IMG/VR virus record: IMGVR_UViG_3300042393_000465
Coordinates: 1 to 30,260 of that record
Direction: 5' to 3' (one strand)
DNA: 30,260 nt
From: a virus
Lineage: Duplodnaviria > Caudoviricetes
A model generated the notes under the pieces. It did not search any database. It worked only from the letters and a program-made list of their open reading frames with translations, and was not told where the DNA came from. Below are positions 6,785 through 15,114 of the stretch, piece by piece (position 1 is the stretch's first letter; each line of letters starts with the position of its first letter). Both the position numbers and the translations under genes were made by a program.

Positions 6785-8256
6785 GTCCCTACTATATCAA
6801 ATTTAGTATCTGTTGAATTAAATATGCAACCTATATAAGTAGTCTTATTTGCCACCGTTGTTGTTGGTGCTGTAACTCCAATTGCTCTAAAATTAGCACC
6901 ATAACCAATAGCTCTTGCTGTACCATTATCCTTAATTCTAATAATCAAAGATTGACCTTCTGCAAATGTACCAGTAGGATTTGCTAACGTTAAACCAACT
7001 GCTTGTGCTGTAATTGTTACTATATCATTTGTGCTTGTTGCTGTAACCGTTGCACTAGATACAACTGTTTGAATTCTTGGATTCATAGATGTACTTACTG
7101 AGCCATCTGCCATTAAGAATTGAGCAGACGTTCCGCCAGTCTTTACCAATGTAGTAGCTTCAAGAGTACCGATGATTGTAGCCGCGTTCCCACTACCTGA
7201 TGTCTTATTGACTTTAAGTCCTTCATTAGCACCACCTTTCGTGATAAGCAAACCTATACCACTTCCGCTTGTGTGATTAGCTGTAAGAGTGTCTGTGCTA
7301 CCACTATGTGTGAATGTACCTTTAGCAGCATCTAGGTGAAACGTACCTAAGTCAACGTCTTGTGTTGCACCCGTATAAGGAACAAAACCTGCAATACTTG
7401 GAATTGTTGGTTTATTTAAAATTTCAGCGTCACCGCTTGTTGCGTTCCAATCTGCGTTTACGTTTACTTGTGCGCCGTCTTCAATTCCATCTAGTTTAGT
7501 TTTAAGCGTATTCGTAAAATCGTTTTCGCTTAATCCTTTACCAGCAACCGCGTCAACTTTTAAATCCAAAGCCGTTTTTACCGCTTTTTGTGTTGGGTAA
7601 AACGTGTCGGAATTATCTGTTAAATCTATTTTTTTATTTGCGACATCTTCGGGTGTGAAACCTAAAGCAGGTTCTTTTGTATCTGCGTAATCTTTGGTAA
7701 TTAAACTCGTTCCCGTCGTTGGTGTTGTTGTTACTAATTCGGTGTAAATAATTTCAGAATCCGAATTTATAGGTAATGGTGTACCGTCCCCCTCGGGTAA
7801 ATACATTCGTAAAAAACCAGCTTGAAAATTTAATTCATAACCTACAATACAATGTAACGAAACCCCTTTGTCGCCACCTCGCGACGTGTCGAAAGTCCCC
7901 TTTGATAAACCAGCGCGATTTGCACCTACTACAATTCGGTCTAATTCGGTTAAAATTATATCGTTTGAAAACGTTTCGTTACCACGTTCTAACGTTTGCG
8001 CTAACGTTTGGTCTATTTGTACGTTTAAAAATGCACCATCGTAGTAAATTCTAAATATAAATGAACCTTCACCAAATGAATCACCACCAATAATTGCAGT
8101 TCCATTTCTAACAAACACTTTAAATCCTTTGCCCTCTTCGGGTGTTGGGTCGGTAAATGTTGCATTTTCTATTACGGTATAATTACGATTGTTTTCGGCA
8201 ACTTGGTCAACGGAAACAACTATTGGTGTTTGGCTATTTGTTAAATTTAAATCCAT
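6769..8256 (-). CDS. Mosaic tail/head fibre protein
   Basis: T/G/A-rich with recurrent fibre motifs LGFTPEDVANK, KVDAVAGKGLSENDFT, ADWNATSGDAEILNKP, VPYTGATQDVDLG and GGTSAQFLMADGS. Confidence 0.75.
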   Translation of the reverse strand: MDLNLTNSQTPIVVSVDQVAENNRNYTVIENATFTDPTPEEGKGFKVFVRNGTAIIGGDSFGEGSFIFRIYYDGAFLNVQIDQTLAQTLERGNETFSNDIILTELDRIVVGANRAGLSKGTFDTSRGGDKGVSLHCIVGYELNFQAGFLRMYLPEGDGTPLPINSDSEIIYTELVTTTPTTGTSLITKDYADTKEPALGFTPEDVANKKIDLTDNSDTFYPTQKAVKTALDLKVDAVAGKGLSENDFTNTLKTKLDGIEDGAQVNVNADWNATSGDAEILNKPTIPSIAGFVPYTGATQDVDLGTFHLDAAKGTFTHSGSTDTLTANHTSGSGIGLLITKGGANEGLKVNKTSGSGNAATIIGTLEATTLVKTGGTSAQFLMADGSVSTSMNPRIQTVVSSATVTATSTNDIVTITAQAVGLTLANPTGTFAEGQSLIIRIKDNGTARAIGYGANFRAIGVTAPTTTVANKTTYIGCIFNSTDTKFDIVGTCTEA

Positions 8257-8261
8257 TTTAT

Positions 8262-8915
8262 TTATAAAATAATATTTATTTCAGTTGAATTATCCAAAGT
8301 TACGAAAGTAGTTGATTCTTGCAAAATTCCATCAACAAAAATATCTAGGTTTGTATTTGGTAAAATAAAATCAACATCTGTAATTTCAATAAATGTGTTA
8401 TTTTCGTTTGAAATTGTTACGGGTAAACATTCTGGGTTTGGCGGAAAAGAACCGTTTTCAAAATCGTAATTAATATATGGAATATTACACCAATTTTGTT
8501 CGTCAAATACGTTCATTTGTATTGACATCGACCAACCTGCGGTAACATCGTGCCCCTTGTTTATAAATGGTTCTTTTGCGACGGCTATATTAATATCCAT
8601 GAAATCAACCCAACGTTCTTGCAACATTGTTATTTTAATGTCGTTCAAAATTTGGTAACAATCCGAATGTATTTCTTGAATCATTCGGGTGTTTCCTAAT
8701 TCGTATTGGTCACACACGGTTAAAATCATATTGACACCAACAAAACCGTTACTATCGTTTGAATTTTGTAACGTTGCAATTAAATACGCGTATTGTGGCG
8801 GTGTCTCTTTATTTATCGCGTCGACAAAATCGCCAAAAAAGAAATCGTTTAATTGGCGGTGTTGTTCTTGAATATACTTTAACTCCGATACTATTTTATT
8901 TATAGTCATTCGCAT
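8262..8915 (-). CDS. Virion structural protein, possible neck/tail terminator
   Basis: 217 aa, lies between the adaptor and fibre genes; function inferred from position. Confidence 0.5.
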   Translation of the reverse strand: MRMTINKIVSELKYIQEQHRQLNDFFFGDFVDAINKETPPQYAYLIATLQNSNDSNGFVGVNMILTVCDQYELGNTRMIQEIHSDCYQILNDIKITMLQERWVDFMDINIAVAKEPFINKGHDVTAGWSMSIQMNVFDEQNWCNIPYINYDFENGSFPPNPECLPVTISNENNTFIEITDVDFILPNTNLDIFVDGILQESTTFVTLDNSTEINIIL

Positions 8916-9433
8916 TCGTAGCAGTTTGTTCTATTGTTAAAAATCGGTGTCGTTGAACCATACCAATTCGGAACTATTCCCGTCCTATCTTTTGGCATCA
9001 AATCGTCGGTTACATTGTATTGTTCAAACATTTGCCCGTTATCGTCTCTAAGGTATTTAATTAATTCATTCTTATAGAAATCAGCATCTGCTTTTAAACT
9101 AGCTAAAAACTCGGTATTATCTGCGTCGTTGTTTGCGTTAAAGTTTTGGTCGCTTGTAAGCCCTGCCCCCTTGTTTGTAATCTTAGTTGTAAGGAAAACA
9201 GCACATCGATAATCAACATAAGCAACAACACACGGTAAAATGTAAGTGTCGTATAAAACAGCGTAATCGTCTACTCGATTTGCCTCAACTAAAATGTAGT
9301 TTAGTAACTCCAAACCCAATGCAGGACGCAAATAAATATCTTGGCATCGTTGTATCTGAATGCTTATCGTTTTGGTATCCGCATTTTGTTGCGTTAAACC
9401 GTATTCCTTTACAATTTCTACTGTTGTTATCAT
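8906..9433 (-). CDS. Head-tail adaptor-like protein (DUF6712-like)
   Basis: Helical 175-aa protein with QDIYLRPALG and ITNKG motifs, directly after the portal. Confidence 0.6.
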   Translation of the reverse strand: MITTVEIVKEYGLTQQNADTKTISIQIQRCQDIYLRPALGLELLNYILVEANRVDDYAVLYDTYILPCVVAYVDYRCAVFLTTKITNKGAGLTSDQNFNANNDADNTEFLASLKADADFYKNELIKYLRDDNGQMFEQYNVTDDLMPKDRTGIVPNWYGSTTPIFNNRTNCYECE

Positions 9434-11397
9434 TTTTTAACTATTAATTGTTGATTCCAAATGTGACGGCAGTACGGCGTTGTTACACCCGTGTCTGCGT
9501 TTGTCCAAAAGCCACCGCGATAATTCCAAACATTACGGTCAACGCGTGAACTTATAGTTTCGATTTCTTCGCGTGAATAAAGTCTATTCAAAGAAATTAA
9601 ACGTTGGCAAAATTCACGGCTTTCAGTTAATAAAGGCGGGTTATCGGGTCTTAAAGCATATTTAAAACGAACCTCAAATTCTAGGGTGTCGTTTGTTGTT
9701 AATCTGTTTCCCAAATCGGTAACTTTACCGCCCGTTATTAAATTATATTCGACCATTTTAGCAATATGAACCGCAACCGTTTTAATATCGGATTTTAAAG
9801 CCTTTGCGATTGTTGTAGCGTCTTGACCATCTTCTAAAAGTTGTAAAATTTTACGGTCGAAATCCGTTAAACTTGCGGTAATTTCTCCAATAGTTGCGAA
9901 TATTTCTGCGCTTCTATTAAATACCATTTCGCTTTCAGATTCCCATTCAATAACTTCGTTACTTAATACGTGGTAATTATCCGCATCAACTCCAAAAGTT
10001 GCAAATAATTCAAGTTCATCGTTGTTAAATTGGTGTGAACTTGAACAATTCGAACTAAATATAGTGTTTAAACCTACAATTTTTCGGGCTTCATTTTCTG
10101 CAATTGTTGGAAACGAAGATAAAACAACCGCCAACGCTTGTTCTGCTGTTAATACGCCCTCTTTAATTCGTGCAACAACATCAACTAAGGACGCAATTTG
10201 TGCGCCATTCAACGCGCTTTTTGCAACATCAATTTCGGGTGTTGTCATTGTTGGGTCAATTACATTTGTTGGTGTTTCAATAGGTGTTTCAATCTTAATA
10301 AACGGGTTATTATCCTTTACTTTAACTTCGCCAACAACACCGCTTAATTCTAACATATAATTAAAAGCCCAATTTAAAACGTTTTGTCTAGTAGCGATAT
10401 AATTACCGTTCCAAATTTCGTATAATTCACGGCTTTCTGCTGCGTTAAATGACCCCTCGGTCATTGTCCCAAATAAAGTTGGGGACGTTATTCCGTTAGC
10501 TTGGAAAATGTTTTGTGTAACTCTTTTACTTGTGTATTCATAACGTTTATCTAAGTCGTTACCGTTAAGTTGTTGAACAATTGGTGCGTTATCCTTGCCG
10601 TCCGCAAACGTTACTATTATTTCACCAGCGTTATCAACGCCACCGCTCGTTCCTTTTACTTGGTTAACGTACCTATCCGCTTCTTGCCTTGTTTGTGGTT
10701 GCCCGTTTGGAAAGGTAATCAACGTTCCAGCGCTAAATGAATTTTGAACCAAAGCGTCGAAATGCTTTGATAAATTTACGTCGGTATTTATAGCCGAAAT
10801 TCCACTATAATAAGGCGGTTTCGGGTAAATTCCTTTTTCAAATTTTGCTCGTTTTGTTGGGTCTTTGTAATATATGTAAAACGAACCTTGTTTACTATCT
10901 AAATTTAAAACGCTTAAACTTCGAAAATTAGTTTTATCGCTGTTTTGTATTTGAGCGTTCCAATCGTCCGACAAAAAACAAATGGTTAAATCAATTGAAA
11001 ACCTACAATCGTCCATGTTTAAATGCTCCCACTTAACAACCTTTGAACCGTCCATTGACCAGCTACCTTTTACAACAAAACCCCCATAAGTTTCATGGTC
11101 AGTCGATACCATTTGCAAAACTTCGTTAAGGTCGTAATCGGTATATTTATTTTCTATAAACGTTTCAACTTCAGCGCCACCGCTAACGATTTCTAAACCG
11201 CCTCCTGCAATGTAGTTTACTTTGTTTCTAACAATACCACCTTGCAACGCCGAACCATCGTTTAACTCGTTTAGAAAAAACGGGTAATCGTTCTTTTTTC
11301 CCCACTTTACAAAACCTAATCTGTCGGTCTCTTCAATTGGTTTTATAAAATCTTTTTTGAATGTAAGCGAAACCGCTTTTACTCCGTTATCCGACAT
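9430..11397 (-). CDS. Portal protein with extended C-terminal domains
   Basis: WGKKNDYP, YIAGGG, YPKPPY, GGVDNAG and TSPTLFG are portal-like motifs in the N-terminal ~370 aa; about 280 aa of extra C-terminal sequence. Confidence 0.8.
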   Translation of the reverse strand: MSDNGVKAVSLTFKKDFIKPIEETDRLGFVKWGKKNDYPFFLNELNDGSALQGGIVRNKVNYIAGGGLEIVSGGAEVETFIENKYTDYDLNEVLQMVSTDHETYGGFVVKGSWSMDGSKVVKWEHLNMDDCRFSIDLTICFLSDDWNAQIQNSDKTNFRSLSVLNLDSKQGSFYIYYKDPTKRAKFEKGIYPKPPYYSGISAINTDVNLSKHFDALVQNSFSAGTLITFPNGQPQTRQEADRYVNQVKGTSGGVDNAGEIIVTFADGKDNAPIVQQLNGNDLDKRYEYTSKRVTQNIFQANGITSPTLFGTMTEGSFNAAESRELYEIWNGNYIATRQNVLNWAFNYMLELSGVVGEVKVKDNNPFIKIETPIETPTNVIDPTMTTPEIDVAKSALNGAQIASLVDVVARIKEGVLTAEQALAVVLSSFPTIAENEARKIVGLNTIFSSNCSSSHQFNNDELELFATFGVDADNYHVLSNEVIEWESESEMVFNRSAEIFATIGEITASLTDFDRKILQLLEDGQDATTIAKALKSDIKTVAVHIAKMVEYNLITGGKVTDLGNRLTTNDTLEFEVRFKYALRPDNPPLLTESREFCQRLISLNRLYSREEIETISSRVDRNVWNYRGGFWTNADTGVTTPYCRHIWNQQLIVKK

Positions 11398-11645
11398 AAT
11401 CCTGTTTCTATTAATTTTTGTTCTTGAAATGCTTTATAAATGTAATCGCCCGTTTTCTCAAATTCAGCAAAGAAAATAAACGTGTCAATTCTTGCGTTTG
11501 TTTCAATAATTTCTAATTCTAAATCCGTTGTTGTTTTGCTATCAATGTGATAAAATTCAAATTGATAAACGCCACTATCGTTAACCGATAATTCACTTAA
11601 CGTCAGAACTATTAGGTTTTCGTCGTTGTTTATTATTCTTAACAT
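11379..11645 (-). CDS. Hypothetical beta-rich virion-module protein
   Basis: 88-aa ORF overlapping the portal start. Confidence 0.65.
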   Translation of the reverse strand: MLRIINNDENLIVLTLSELSVNDSGVYQFEFYHIDSKTTTDLELEIIETNARIDTFIFFAEFEKTGDYIYKAFQEQKLIETGLCRITE

Positions 11646-11751
11646 TTTGAATTTTTGGTGTTTCTTGTTCTTTTACAATTCCGTAAACGGTTAAATCCTG
11701 ACCGTTATCTACAATCATGTGACCTAAAATTGGTGAAAATACTTTTTTCAT
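11593..11751 (-). CDS. 52-aa hypothetical protein MKKVFSPILG...
   Basis: Translated by hand. Fills the gap after the terminator and is preceded by TAAATTTG at about 11763-11756. Confidence 0.5.
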   Translation of the reverse strand: MKKVFSPILGHMIVDNGQDLTVYGIVKEQETPKIQNVKNNKQRRKPNSSDVK

Positions 11752-11766
11752 AGTTCAAATTTAAAC

Positions 11767-11796
11767 AAAAAAAGCCGAATGCAAAACACTCGGCTA
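11767..11796 (-). terminator. Intrinsic terminator after putative tail tube gene
   Basis: AGCCGAGUG-UUUUG-CAUUCGGCU followed by a U-run. Confidence 0.8.
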
Positions 11797-11816
11797 ATTT
11801 TCTAATAATGTTAATA

Positions 11817-12335
11817 TTAAGGTGCTGGAACGAAAGCCAACAAAGTAGCTACTAAATTCGCAGGAACGTCTAAAACAGGGTTGTTTTCTTGACCCATAAA
11901 ATTTAAAATCGTTGGTGTCCCGTCAGATTTTAAAGTTCCGCTTGTAAACGTTGAATCCGTACCCATTCTAAGACCCTCTTCAGCTCCTAAAAGCGTGTAA
12001 CTATTATCCGCATTTTGAACAACCGCTGCTAATTCGTTTTTCGCTAACAAATGAATTTCAGCTCTTAACTCTTTTGAGTTTGAATTTAGTCGCATTTGTA
12101 ATGTTTGGTCATAAAAAACAGCGTCGTTTTCATTTCTGCGTGGCGGTGCTGTCCAGTTGGATAAATTTTGTCTTAGTTTATATTGGTAAACTTGAACCGT
12201 CGATGTTAAAGTAGTAACTTCTAAACCCGTTTCCGCCATTGTAAGCGTGTCAATTGGAATAAAGATAATTGATTTAATACCACCAATTGAACCAGCGCAA
12301 ATCCTATCGTTAAAACCTTGTGTTAAATTGCACAT
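11817..12335 (-). CDS. Putative major tail (tube) protein
   Basis: 172 aa with C...GGIK.I N-terminus and beta-rich body; directly after the capsid gene and bounded by terminators as expected for an abundant structural protein. Confidence 0.6.
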   Translation of the reverse strand: MCNLTQGFNDRICAGSIGGIKSIIFIPIDTLTMAETGLEVTTLTSTVQVYQYKLRQNLSNWTAPPRRNENDAVFYDQTLQMRLNSNSKELRAEIHLLAKNELAAVVQNADNSYTLLGAEEGLRMGTDSTFTSGTLKSDGTPTILNFMGQENNPVLDVPANLVATLLAFVPAP

Positions 12336-12349
12336 AATTATTTTGTTTT

Positions 12350-12375
12350 AAAAAGGGGTGTATTGCAACCCCTTA
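12350..12375 (-). terminator. Hairpin terminator after major capsid gene
   Basis: AAGGGG...CCCCUUUUU on the minus strand. Confidence 0.7.
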
Positions 12376-12386
12376 AATTATTAATA

Positions 12387-13352
12387 TTAAACTTCTGGTT
12401 TAAAAACTCCAATTTGGTTCAAGAATGGAACTTGTGTTCCCGCTCTAAATTTCGAACGCAAATATAATTTATCATCGTCTTGTGAATACCACAATTCGAA
12501 ATTATCGAAATCGCTTTCTAAATCCGTTCCGAAAATAAACTCCGATTTTTTACCAAAGTAAAAATTACTTGTTCCGTTCAAACCTGTAACAGCTTCAATT
12601 GTTTTTGTAGTTCCAAACAACATTTGAGTAAATGCGTCTTCGTCAGTTGCTTTTGCGTACAAATTCAAGTTAATCATGTTACGTCTTAATTTTGTAAGTG
12701 TCTCAACACCACAAAAGAAAGTAGTTTCAGGGTTTTCAGTCAAATCAGCATTAACAGCCTGCATTGCTTCATAAGCGTCTAAAAACGCTTCGTAAGTATT
12801 ACCAACAGTTAACGATGCTAATGAACCCGTATTCAAATCAACACAACCATTTGCAACCGTTAGGAATTGACTAAATCCGTTAATCCATTGTAAGTTACCT
12901 GTTCCCGTTGATTTGTTACCTCTCCAAATTAATTTATCCAATTCACGTGCGTGAAGAGACAAAAGATAATTTGTAATTTGCGCTTCGAAAGGTAGTTGTT
13001 TATCCTCAGCCATTGCGCCAGGTTGTAACGCTAATTGCGTCCAAAGACCTTCTAAATCTGAATTACAAAATCCTTTCATGAAACCGATTTTTTCAACTTC
13101 GATATTTCTATCTGTAAAAACCGTGTCTCCAGCAGGTGCCATTTCGCAACCACCAGCTTGGTAAACGATTGAATCGTCCAACAATTTCAACGTTTCAGAA
13201 CCTTTGATTCCCGTTTGTGTTGCGATTAAAGACAAAGTTCTAGCTTCAGATACTTGTCTCGTTAATAATACGTCTTTTTGTGAATCAACGTAAGGTGCTA
13301 AATCTGCTACATCGTAGTCAAATTTTGTTTTAATAAAACTTTTTAAACTCAT
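12387..13352 (-). CDS. Major capsid protein
   Basis: 321 aa after protease and scaffold; ELDKLIWRGN...INGF is an HK97-fold-like spine motif; followed by a terminator. Confidence 0.8.
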   Translation of the reverse strand: MSLKSFIKTKFDYDVADLAPYVDSQKDVLLTRQVSEARTLSLIATQTGIKGSETLKLLDDSIVYQAGGCEMAPAGDTVFTDRNIEVEKIGFMKGFCNSDLEGLWTQLALQPGAMAEDKQLPFEAQITNYLLSLHARELDKLIWRGNKSTGTGNLQWINGFSQFLTVANGCVDLNTGSLASLTVGNTYEAFLDAYEAMQAVNADLTENPETTFFCGVETLTKLRRNMINLNLYAKATDEDAFTQMLFGTTKTIEAVTGLNGTSNFYFGKKSEFIFGTDLESDFDNFELWYSQDDDKLYLRSKFRAGTQVPFLNQIGVFKPEV

Positions 13353-13353
13353 T

Positions 13354-13887
13354 TTATTTTCTTTTTTTCAATAACATATTTTGTTTAGCTGTCAAGTTGC
13401 TATCTTCACCTAATCGGTTAAATTTTTGTGTTTCGTTATCCTTGTTTAAAGGTAATTTTTTGAACGCTTCGAAATCATTTTTCAATGCTTTGTGTTCATC
13501 TGCCATTACTTCGAATGCGCTTGTAATAGATTCAAATCCTTTTGAAAATGTATCTAAAACTTCGCTCATTTTAGCGTTAACAATTTCGTTCACTTTGTCC
13601 GAACTCATTTCTTCGGGTGCAACTACTTCAATGATTTCTGTAATCATTCCGTTTTCATCAACTGAAATCGTGCGACCATCCTCTAACGTGTGGTTACCAG
13701 CAGGTGCAGGAACTTTGTTTTCGCCATCAACAACGAAAACAGCCGTTCCAACCATAAGGTCGTTTTCCCATTCGATAATAGTTCCGTCCATTAAAGTTGC
13801 TGTTTCAAACTTCGCTGGTTCAGGTGCTGAAAATTTCGCTTTTAATTCCTTCATTAAATTTGCGATTGTTTCTAATTGTTTATTCAT
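13354..13887 (-). CDS. Capsid scaffolding protein
   Basis: Acidic with PAPAGNHTLEDG motif and C-terminal coiled coil; lies between protease and capsid. Confidence 0.65.
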   Translation of the reverse strand: MNKQLETIANLMKELKAKFSAPEPAKFETATLMDGTIIEWENDLMVGTAVFVVDGENKVPAPAGNHTLEDGRTISVDENGMITEIIEVVAPEEMSSDKVNEIVNAKMSEVLDTFSKGFESITSAFEVMADEHKALKNDFEAFKKLPLNKDNETQKFNRLGEDSNLTAKQNMLLKKRK

Positions 13888-14471
13888 TTTAACATTAATT
13901 GTAAGTCTTCAATGACTTGGGTTAAAAATTCGTTTTCCGTTTCCTTCATAAGTTCTTCGATTACAAAATCCCCTTCGATTGAAAATCCCGTTAACTCACC
14001 ATTTTTTGCACGTGTGTAAACGTCTTTATCGAGTATTTTATAACTCACTAAAAGTGAACCATCTGTTTCGTCTTTAAATCGTTCGGGTGCGGTAAAACCT
14101 TTCTCGTTATCAATCTGGTATAACATAACCATAAAGGCGTTATTTACCACATTTTTAGATTCGTGTTCAATGTTAAGATTATTAAAGTTTCCTTTTCGAG
14201 CGTAATCAACAACAATATCCGAAATAGCTTGTTTATCAAATAACACATAAAATTCCTCGTTACCATTTTTTCGGTAAATTGGAAAATCTGCCGAAATTGC
14301 GACACCCGTAACTATTTGTTTTTCATCGTTAAATTCGTATCTTTGAACTTTCGAAAACGTTTGAAAAGATTTCTCATGTGCAGGATTAGAAACCAATGAA
14401 TTAAACGAAACGGTTGTTTCGGGGTTTTCAAGGTCAATTGATATTCTGTAAACGGGTAAATCTTTTCTCAT
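13884..14471 (-). CDS. Prohead protease, XkdF-like serine protease family
   Basis: EKQIVTG...ADFPIYR, NIEH and GELTGFSIEG motifs. Confidence 0.8.
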   Translation of the reverse strand: MRKDLPVYRISIDLENPETTVSFNSLVSNPAHEKSFQTFSKVQRYEFNDEKQIVTGVAISADFPIYRKNGNEEFYVLFDKQAISDIVVDYARKGNFNNLNIEHESKNVVNNAFMVMLYQIDNEKGFTAPERFKDETDGSLLVSYKILDKDVYTRAKNGELTGFSIEGDFVIEELMKETENEFLTQVIEDLQLMLK

Positions 14472-14499
14472 TATTGCAAATGTTATAACTTTTATTTAT

Positions 14500-15114
14500 A
14501 TGGCAAAAAAAAACATAAATATTTTTTATCCTTTTAAAAAAGGTAGCGATAAAAGTATTTTAAAAGCTTCAATTAAGTTAATTAAACTAGAATTTCCCGA
14601 CGCAAATATTTACATTGACGAAGAATTTTACAGCATTAACCCAACTATTGACGTCGCGCATAAAGTAATTAATTTTGCACGTGAAAATAAAGGTCGTTTT
14701 CTTTTTATGAATGATAATTTATTAGTAGTTAAACAACCACATAAAGCAATGTTTAGCGGTGAACTATTGGTAAATCCAAACCACCCTTTTAATTATCAAA
14801 TCGCATCACAAAACACAATTGATTTTTTAAATAGTTGTGGCAAACCTTTAAAGAATTTCGAAACACATTCACCCGTTTGGTTTGATTGTGAAAAGGTCGT
14901 TGAACTATTCGATAACATTACTTGGAAAAACGATAATTTTTTTATTAAATCGCTTTACTTGAATTATTACGAATTAATAGGTTTTGAGGGTGTTAACGTA
15001 AAAATCCACGAAACAAATTTACCACTAGCAAAAAGCCACCTAAAAAAATACGGTTGCATTTCGTTAGGTGACAATTTCGATATTAATACGTTGACGTCGA
15101 TTCTTGAGTCTTAA
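14500..15114 (+). CDS. Stealth-like / glycosyltransferase-like protein
   Basis: The only plausible plus-strand gene, filling an otherwise empty 600 bp. Motifs LKASIKLI, FLFMNDN, NFETHSP and KSLYLNYY. Confidence 0.6.
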   Translation: MAKKNINIFYPFKKGSDKSILKASIKLIKLEFPDANIYIDEEFYSINPTIDVAHKVINFARENKGRFLFMNDNLLVVKQPHKAMFSGELLVNPNHPFNYQIASQNTIDFLNSCGKPLKNFETHSPVWFDCEKVVELFDNITWKNDNFFIKSLYLNYYELIGFEGVNVKIHETNLPLAKSHLKKYGCISLGDNFDINTLTSILES

